Source of the DNA: Candidatus Omnitrophota bacterium
GTDB lineage: Bacteria > Omnitrophota > Gorgyraeia > 1-14-0-20-64-10
Direction of reading: 5' to 3'
NCBI GenBank assembly: GCA_016177405.1
Contig: JACOVG010000004.1
Coordinates: 18,674 to 82,673 of the forward strand
DNA: 64,000 nucleotides
The translations under genes were made by a program, and so were the position numbers. Each line of letters opens with the position of its first letter. Positions within the stretch are counted from its first letter, which is position 1. Shown here piece after piece: positions 57,825 through 64,000 of the stretch. The notes under the pieces are model-generated. The model saw nothing but the letters and a program-made list of their open reading frames with translations. It was not told where the DNA came from and searched no databases.

Positions 57825-59864
57825 TTACCTTAAGGTTGCTCCAAATCGCGCCTTCAAGGTTTCCACAATCTTCAGGTGGCTGGCGGCGACCTCGGAGTCT
57901 GTCAGGGTCCGGTCGCCGGCCGAGTAGCTCAATCTGAAGCAGAAGGATTTCTGGCCCGGAGGAACCTGGGGCCCCCGGTAAAGATCGATCAGGGCAAGCT
58001 CCTTAAGAAGCGGGTCGCCCGCCTTCAGAATGGTCTCCCGCGCCGCCCCGTGGGGGGTTTCCTCCGGCACGACGATCGCCAAATCCTGAACCACCGGAGG
58101 AACCTTGGGCAAAGGCCGGATCTGAAGCGGGGAATCGGACCTCTCCGCGATCGGCTCCAGGTCCATCTGGGCAAAGGCCACGGGCAGATGGGTGGGGATC
58201 TCAAAGGCGTTCAAAAGCCCTTCCTCGACCATTCCGCAAACCCCCAGAAGCTCCTTCCCTAAATAGAAGCGCAGAACCGGCCCTTTCAGGCCCTCGGCGC
58301 CCTGGCCCTCCTCTTCCCTCACTGCTCCTAGGTCCATCCGGTCCGCCAGAAACTGAACCGCCCCCTTCACCGCGAGAAATCCCTCGGGGGTCCCCGCCGC
58401 CAGAAGGGACAAGGCCCTGCGCTCCAGAGGGGCAGTGGAAGAGAAGACCTTTCCGGTTTCGAAGAACTGGAGGCGCTCGGCGCTTTTTCGAAGGAGATTG
58501 ACGGCGGCGGATCTCAAGGCGCCGATCATCAGCTGGGGCCTCAAATGGGTGAACTCGGCGCTCAAAGGATTCTGAAGCCTGGGAGCCGCCCGCCCGGACT
58601 CCGGGAAGCGGGAAAGGATCTCTTCGCTCACCAGGCTGTACGTCACAATCTCCTGAAAGCCGGCCTCCGTGAGCAGGAGCTTGAGAAGTTTTTCCCGCTC
58701 CATCCAGGGATCCTCCGCCGGTTTTAAGCTCCGCCCCAGGGCTTGGCGTGAAACGGCAGGCAGGGTGGCCGGACAGCGTTCGTAGCCCCAGAGCCTGGCC
58801 AGCTCCTCGTGAAGATCCTCCGGGATCGCGAGGTCTCTTCTCCAGGAAGGGGGGGACACTGTCCAGCGCTTCACGTTTCCAGTCACCGAACAGCCGATCT
58901 TCTCCAGGAGGCGCCTCTGCTGGGCCGGGTAGATCAGCATCCCCAAGGTCCGCTGGGCCCGCTGGGGATAAAGGGTGATCCGACGCCTGCTTGGTTTCTC
59001 TTGGACGACGTCCACCGGCGGATAATCCAGGCGCCCGCCGGAAAGCTCCTGAATCAACCGGGCGGCGCGCAGGGCCGCGGTCCAAACCATCTGAAAATCC
59101 ACCCCCCGTTCAAACCGATAGGAGCTGTCGGTGGCGAGATGCAGGTTCCGGGAGGCGCGGCGGACGCGGGCCGGATCGAACCAGGCCGATTCCAAAAGGA
59201 CCCGCCGGGTTTGGGGACCCACCTCGGTTTCCCGGCCCCCCATGACGCCGGCCAAGGCCACGGGGCGCTCTTCGTCTGCGATCACCAGAAGCTCCGGGGA
59301 GAGTTCCCGGGTCTGGCCGTCGATCGTCAGGAGCTTTTCGCCGGTCCTGGAGCGCCGCACGCGAAGGGTTTGGCCTTTCAGCGCGTCCAGGTCAAAGGCG
59401 TGCAGCGGCTGGCCCAGCTCGAAGAGAACAAGGTTGGTGGCGTCCACCACGTTGTTGACCGGCCGAAGGCCCATCGCGGCCAGGCGTTCGGCGATGGGGG
59501 GAGGGCTGGGCTTCACCGTCACCCCCTCGATCACAATGCCGACATACCGGCGGCAGTCCCGGTCCTCCAGGTGAATCGCTATGGGGGCGGGCTTGCCGGA
59601 TGAGCTCCACGGGGCGCACCGGCGCGTCAGCCACCTGGGACTGCGGAACCGGCGGCCCAGGATGGCGGCCGTCTCACGGGCCAATCCCAGGTAGCTCAAG
59701 AGATCCGGCCGGTTGGGAGTGACCTCCATCTCCAAGAGCCAATCGCTTCCTGCCCGCGCGAGGCCCGTCACCTCGGTGCCGGCCATGGTCAGCCGCTCAC
59801 CCAGCGCCGCCGGCGGGATGGAAAGCTCCACGAACTCCTTAAGCCACGACAGGAGGATTTTCAT
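57825..59864 (-). CDS. pheT: Phenylalanine-tRNA ligase beta subunit (short, no B2 OB domain)
   Basis: MKILLSWLKE, TPNRPDLLS, GQPLHAFD, RFERG, FDX-ACB C-terminus. Confidence 0.95.
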   Translation of the reverse strand: MKILLSWLKEFVELSIPPAALGERLTMAGTEVTGLARAGSDWLLEMEVTPNRPDLLSYLGLARETAAILGRRFRSPRWLTRRCAPWSSSGKPAPIAIHLEDRDCRRYVGIVIEGVTVKPSPPPIAERLAAMGLRPVNNVVDATNLVLFELGQPLHAFDLDALKGQTLRVRRSRTGEKLLTIDGQTRELSPELLVIADEERPVALAGVMGGRETEVGPQTRRVLLESAWFDPARVRRASRNLHLATDSSYRFERGVDFQMVWTAALRAARLIQELSGGRLDYPPVDVVQEKPSRRRITLYPQRAQRTLGMLIYPAQQRRLLEKIGCSVTGNVKRWTVSPPSWRRDLAIPEDLHEELARLWGYERCPATLPAVSRQALGRSLKPAEDPWMEREKLLKLLLTEAGFQEIVTYSLVSEEILSRFPESGRAAPRLQNPLSAEFTHLRPQLMIGALRSAAVNLLRKSAERLQFFETGKVFSSTAPLERRALSLLAAGTPEGFLAVKGAVQFLADRMDLGAVREEEGQGAEGLKGPVLRFYLGKELLGVCGMVEEGLLNAFEIPTHLPVAFAQMDLEPIAERSDSPLQIRPLPKVPPVVQDLAIVVPEETPHGAARETILKAGDPLLKELALIDLYRGPQVPPGQKSFCFRLSYSAGDRTLTDSEVAASHLKIVETLKARFGATLR

Positions 59865-60898
59865 GGGAATTGCTGGAGAAACCGGATGTCGTTCTCGTAA
59901 AAGAGCCGGATGTCGTTGATGCCGTATTTCAGCATGGCGATCCTCTCCACCCCCATTCCGAAGGCGAAGCCGACGGTCCCCGCCGGAAAACCCACCGCCT
60001 TGAAAACGGCCGGATGCACCATCCCGCAGCCCAAGATCTCCAGCCACCCCTTCTGGCCGCAGACGCTGCAGCCGCGAGACTGGCAGAGGCTGCAGGCCAG
60101 ATCCCCCTCGGCCGAGGGCTCGGTAAAGGGAAAGTAGTGCGGCCGGAAACGAAGCCTCGCCTGGCCTCCGAACATCTGCTTGGCCCAAGCCAGGAGGGTC
60201 CCTTTAAGGTCCCCGAAGGTGATCCCTGGTCCCACGGCCAAACCCTCCACCTGGTGAAATTGAAAGCAGTGCGAGGCGTCCACCGCGTCCCGGCGGAAAA
60301 CCCGGCCCGGCACCACGATCTTGAAGGGAGGCCCCTGGGCTTTCATGAAGCGGATCTGCACCGGCGAGGTGTGGGAGCGCAGCAACAGCTTAGGGAGCGA
60401 TTGAAGATAGAAAGTGTCGAAGCTCTCCCGGGAGGGGTGGTCCGCGGGGATGTTCAGCGCCTCGAAGTTGTTCTCCTCGGTTTCAATCTCGGGCCCTTCC
60501 ACGGCGGAGAATCCCAGCCCCCGGAAGATTGCCGTGATCCGGTCGGTCGTCTGGGTCAGCGGATGAAGCCTTCCCGCGGGGGGGCAAAAACCCGGCAGGG
60601 TCAGGTCCAGGTGGGGTCCCCTCGAGGCGCCGGGCCGCTGGGTGAGCCTTTCGTCAAAAAGCTGTGTCAGCTCCTTCTTGACGGCGTTGAGCCGCTGACC
60701 CAGTGCGGAGCGTTCCTTAGGGTTCCACTGCGGCTCGGAGAGCCTCGAGAAATATTCGTTGAGCCGGCCCCGGCGCCCCAGCGCCTGAAGGCGCAGGGCC
60801 TCGGCCGCTTGAGGGTCGGGGCTGCCGGAGAGCTTCTCGCGGACCTCGCCGAGCAGGCCCTCCAGCCCCCGCAGGAGTTCTTCCATGGAGGCCGCCAT
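59861..60898 (-). CDS. pheS: Phenylalanine-tRNA ligase alpha subunit
   Basis: LRSHTSPVQ, FHQVEG, YFPFTEPS, AFGMGVER. Confidence 0.97.
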   Translation of the reverse strand: MAASMEELLRGLEGLLGEVREKLSGSPDPQAAEALRLQALGRRGRLNEYFSRLSEPQWNPKERSALGQRLNAVKKELTQLFDERLTQRPGASRGPHLDLTLPGFCPPAGRLHPLTQTTDRITAIFRGLGFSAVEGPEIETEENNFEALNIPADHPSRESFDTFYLQSLPKLLLRSHTSPVQIRFMKAQGPPFKIVVPGRVFRRDAVDASHCFQFHQVEGLAVGPGITFGDLKGTLLAWAKQMFGGQARLRFRPHYFPFTEPSAEGDLACSLCQSRGCSVCGQKGWLEILGCGMVHPAVFKAVGFPAGTVGFAFGMGVERIAMLKYGINDIRLFYENDIRFLQQFP

Positions 60899-60909
60899 CT
60901 TGGCTTAGG

Positions 60910-61281
60910 TCAGGCGGCTTGCGGCTGGCCTAGGGCGCTCTTCGCGGTCTGGGCAAGCTGCCGGAAGGCAGCTTCATCGTGAACCGCCAGATCGGCCAGG
61001 ATCTTTCGATCCAGGGCTATCTTCGCGGCCTTTAGTCCCGCCATCAATTGGTTGTAGCCCAGGCCCTGGGTTTGGGCCGCGGCATGGATCCGGGTGATCC
61101 ACAGCCGCCGGAAGTCTCCCTTGCGGGCCTTCCGGTCCCGGGTGGCGAAGGCCATCGCCCGGTTGACCGTCTCCTTGGCGCGGCGAAAGAGCTTGGAGCG
61201 CTTGCCCCAGTAGCCCTTCGCTTTTCGGACCATTCGACGGTGGCGTTTTTGACTTGAAACGGCGTGCTTGACGCGTGCCAT
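60910..61281 (-). CDS. rplT: 50S ribosomal protein L20
   Basis: [25 protein letters not shown]. Confidence 0.97.
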   Translation of the reverse strand: MARVKHAVSSQKRHRRMVRKAKGYWGKRSKLFRRAKETVNRAMAFATRDRKARKGDFRRLWITRIHAAAQTQGLGYNQLMAGLKAAKIALDRKILADLAVHDEAAFRQLAQTAKSALGQPQAA

Positions 61282-61291
61282 GGGCTCCTCC

Positions 61292-61489
61292 TTAACCGTA
61301 AGGCAAAAGGCGCTTTATTTTTTCCTCATCGGAAGGGCTCACCAGATCCGGACGCTTCAGACGCCGCATCCTCTTGGGAGCCCTGCCGGAAAGCAGGTGG
61401 CTGCGAAAGGCATGGGCCCTTCGGATCTTGCCCTTGCCGGTGAATCGAAAGCGCTTGGCCGTGGCCTTGCGCGTTTTCATTTTAGGCAT
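61292..61489 (-). CDS. rpmI: 50S ribosomal protein L35
   Basis: [21 protein letters not shown]. Confidence 0.97.
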   Translation of the reverse strand: MPKMKTRKATAKRFRFTGKGKIRRAHAFRSHLLSGRAPKRMRRLKRPDLVSPSDEEKIKRLLPYG

Positions 61490-61502
61490 CGGATAACTCC
61501 TG

Positions 61503-62012
61503 TCATTTGGGGGCCAGCGTCATGAAGATGAACCGCCCCTCCTGCAGCGGCGGCCGCTCCACCTGGGCCACCGGCGAGACGTCCGCTTGGAGCCGATCCA
61601 TGAGGCGCCTCCCGAATTCCTGGTGCGCCATCTCGCGGCCCCGGAACATCAGTGTCACCTTCACCTTGTCCCCCCGCGTCAAGAACTTGAGGAGATTTTT
61701 GAGCTTGGTCTGGTAGTCGTGATCGTCGATCTGCGGCCTGAACCGAAGCTCCTTGAGCTGGCTGTGGTGCTGGCGGTGCTGGTTCTCCCGCTCCTGTTTT
61801 TCCTTCTCATAACGGTACTTGGCGTAATCCATCACCCGGCAGACCGGCGGCCTGGCCTGCGGGGCCACCTCCACCAGATCCAGCCCCGCCTCTTTCGCCA
61901 TCTTGATGGCTGCCTCAATGGCGACCACCCCGAGTGTTTCCCCTTTTTCTCCCACCAACCGAACCTCACGCATGCGAATCTGTTCGTTCACCCTCAATTC
62001 ATCCTTTTGGAT
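61503..62012 (-). CDS. infC: Translation initiation factor IF-3, probable ATC start
   Basis: RVNEQIR, LDLVEV, PPVCR, FRGRE; in-frame ATC at 62012 behind AAGGAGG. Confidence 0.93.
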   Translation of the reverse strand: MQKDELRVNEQIRMREVRLVGEKGETLGVVAIEAAIKMAKEAGLDLVEVAPQARPPVCRVMDYAKYRYEKEKQERENQHRQHHSQLKELRFRPQIDDHDYQTKLKNLLKFLTRGDKVKVTLMFRGREMAHQEFGRRLMDRLQADVSPVAQVERPPLQEGRFIFMTLAPK

Positions 62013-62027
62013 GTCGCGTCTCCTCCT

Positions 62028-63746
62028 TTATTTTTTGTCGTGAACCTCCTGCCGAATCCTCTTCACAAACTCGGCCAGCGGCATCGCCCCGAGATCTCCA
62101 CCGGCTCGGGAGCGGACCGCGACCGTGCCGGCCGCCACCTCCCTTTTTCCGACCACCAGCATGTAGGGCACCTTGGCCAGCTGGGCGTCCCGGATGCGGG
62201 CCTGAAGGGTTTCCCTGCGGTCGTCGGTCTCAGCCCGAAGGCCCTCCCGGACCAGCGCCTGGGCCGTCTCGCGAGCGTAGGGCTCCTGATCCTGGGTGAT
62301 GGGGATCGCGGTCACCTGAACCGGAGCCAGCCACGCGGGGAAGGCCCCGCCGTACTGCTCGATCAACGTGCCCATGAAGCGCTCCAGCGATCCGAAGACC
62401 GCCCGGTGGATCATCACCGGGGCCGTCCGCTGTCCGTCCGACTCGGCATAGGTCAAACCGAACCGCTTGGGAAGCACGAAGTCGAGCTGAACCGTGGCGC
62501 ACTGCCAGAAGCGGCCCAGCGTGTCTTTCACATGCACGTCGATCTTGGGGCCGTAGAAGGCCCCGGCGCCGGCGGCCAGCTCGAAGGGAACGTTCCAACG
62601 CTTCAGGGCCGACGTCAGGATCGCCTCGGCCCGGTCCCACTGTTCGGTGTCGCCCAGGAACTCCGGCGGCCGGGTGCTCATCTCCACCTTGTATTCCGGG
62701 AATCCGAAATCCCGCATCGCCTCCTGGATGAACCGCAGAACGCCGCCGATCTCCTCCTCCAGCTGCGCGCTCCGGCAGAAGATGTGGGAATCGTCCTGCG
62801 TGAAGCCGCGCACCCGCAGCAGGCCGTGCAGGACGCCGGATTTTTCGTTCCGGTAAACCGTGCCCAGCTCAAAGAATCTTAAAGGGAGCTCCCGGTAGCT
62901 GCGCAGGACCGATTGATAGATCAGGATGTGCCCCGGGCAGTTCATCGGCTTTAAGCCCCACTCCTGTTCCTCCACCTTGAACAGATACATGTTGGGCTTG
63001 TAATAGTCGTAGTGGCCCGAGCGGACCCAGATGTCGCTTTTTAGGACGTGCGGGGTCACCACCGGCACGTAGCCGCGGGCCGCGTGCTGACGGCGGGCGT
63101 AATCCTCGATGATCCCCCGCAGCACCGCCCCCCGGGGAGGATAAAACACCATCCCGGCCCCCGCCTCCTCCAGCATCGTGAAAAGCCCCAGCGCCTGTCC
63201 CAGCTTCCGGTGGTCCCGGAGCTTGGCCTCCTCCCGGATCTTGAGAAATTCCTTGAGCTCCTCCTGGCTCTCGAAGGCGGTGCCGTAGAGGCGGGTCAGC
63301 TGGGGATTTTTCTCGCTGCCGCGCCAATAGGCCCCGGCCAGGGAAAGGAGCTTGAAGGCCCGGATTTCTCCGGTCGCCTTCAGGTGGGGCCCCTCGCACA
63401 GATCCACAAACTCCCCGTCGGTGTAAAGGGAAACCTTGGGATCCGGGATCCCCTCGATCAGCTCCACCTTGAAGGGCTCCCCGCGTGAGGCAAAGAAGGC
63501 GGCCGCTTTTTCTTTGGTCAGCTCGGAGCGCTCAAAGGGGAGATTCGCCTGCACGATCTTGGCCATCTCGGCCTCGATGGCCGCCAGATCCTCCTCGGCA
63601 AGCGGCCGCTCGGTCTCCACATCGTAGTAAAAGCCCTCCTCGATCGGAGGCCCGATGGCGAGCTTCGTCGTCGGCCACAGGCGCTTCACCGCCTGGGCCG
63701 TCACGTGCGCGGCCGAATGCCGCAGTCTATGCAGCTCGTCGTTCAT
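62028..63746 (-). CDS. thrS: Threonine-tRNA ligase (no N-terminal TGS domain)
   Basis: RHSAAH, DLCEGPH, RDHRKLG, KPMNCPGH, GSLERF. Confidence 0.97.
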   Translation of the reverse strand: MNDELHRLRHSAAHVTAQAVKRLWPTTKLAIGPPIEEGFYYDVETERPLAEEDLAAIEAEMAKIVQANLPFERSELTKEKAAAFFASRGEPFKVELIEGIPDPKVSLYTDGEFVDLCEGPHLKATGEIRAFKLLSLAGAYWRGSEKNPQLTRLYGTAFESQEELKEFLKIREEAKLRDHRKLGQALGLFTMLEEAGAGMVFYPPRGAVLRGIIEDYARRQHAARGYVPVVTPHVLKSDIWVRSGHYDYYKPNMYLFKVEEQEWGLKPMNCPGHILIYQSVLRSYRELPLRFFELGTVYRNEKSGVLHGLLRVRGFTQDDSHIFCRSAQLEEEIGGVLRFIQEAMRDFGFPEYKVEMSTRPPEFLGDTEQWDRAEAILTSALKRWNVPFELAAGAGAFYGPKIDVHVKDTLGRFWQCATVQLDFVLPKRFGLTYAESDGQRTAPVMIHRAVFGSLERFMGTLIEQYGGAFPAWLAPVQVTAIPITQDQEPYARETAQALVREGLRAETDDRRETLQARIRDAQLAKVPYMLVVGKREVAAGTVAVRSRAGGDLGAMPLAEFVKRIRQEVHDKK

Positions 63747-63759
63747 CGCTCAAATGAGA

Positions 63760-63836
63760 TGGTGGGCCCAAGAGGACTCGAACCTCTGACCTCTTCCATG
63801 TCAAGGAAGCGCTCTAACCAACTGAGCTATGAGCCC
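63760..63836 (-). tRNA. tRNA-Val(GAC)
   Basis: Cloverleaf, CTTCC-TTGACAT-GGAAG, CCA end. Confidence 0.96.
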
Positions 63837-63847
63837 CTCTGTATTCG

Positions 63848-63931
63848 TGCCGGGGGCGGGAGTCGAACCCGCACGGCCTTGCGGCCACAGGATTTTAAGT
63901 CCCGCGCGGATGCCAGTTTCGCCACCCCGGC
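63848..63931 (-). tRNA. tRNA-Leu(TAA)
   Basis: CGGGA-CTTAAAA-TCCTG, long variable arm. Confidence 0.95.
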
Positions 63932-63949
63932 GATGAAAAGAAAAACCTA

Positions 63950-64000
63950 AGGCGCGGGTCGGAATCGAACCGACGAATAACGGTTTTGCAGACCGTTGCC
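63950..64000 (-). tRNA. tRNA-Cys(GCA), 5' end outside window
   Basis: ACGGT-CTGCAAA-ACCGT anticodon arm, GGTTCGATTCC. Confidence 0.9.

Overview
High-GC bacterial chromosomal window, almost entirely on the minus strand. The gene content suggests a diderm lineage such as Omnitrophota/PVC; this is an inference, not shown by the sequence. (1) 1-13.4 kb: a Moco-riboswitch-led molybdenum cofactor operon (moaA, moaC, mogA, TSUP, moeA, mobB, moaD). It lies next to a Tat-exported nitrite oxidoreductase/nitrate reductase of the periplasmic Nitrospira/anammox type, with a diheme-c/EbdC-like fusion, a TorD chaperone, tatA and an Rrf2 regulator. (2) 13-31 kb: an accessory region with two paralogous B12 radical SAM enzymes, a type Vd patatin, ahpC/oxyR, a secreted metallopeptidase-vWA operon, rhlE, bipA, csp, and a GIY-YIG nuclease next to hairpin repeats that bracket tRNA-Gln. 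(3) 32-64 kb: housekeeping backbone (gltX, xseBA, ymdB, ygfA, rarA, 6S RNA, pheTS, rplT, rpmI, infC, thrS, tRNAs). It is interrupted by a c-di-GMP-riboswitch-controlled locus of secreted repeat proteins, a sulfate assimilation/siroheme operon and a metal-uptake operon. Best leads: a vWA domain apparently split across two adjacent genes; a c-di-GMP-I riboswitch with a 59-nt insertion in its core; the NXR-like cluster; a probable ATT start codon whose Shine-Dalgarno is buried in a terminator; the GIY-YIG repeat system; and an unannotated 35-aa Cys/Lys peptide. All calls are by eye, with no database searches.
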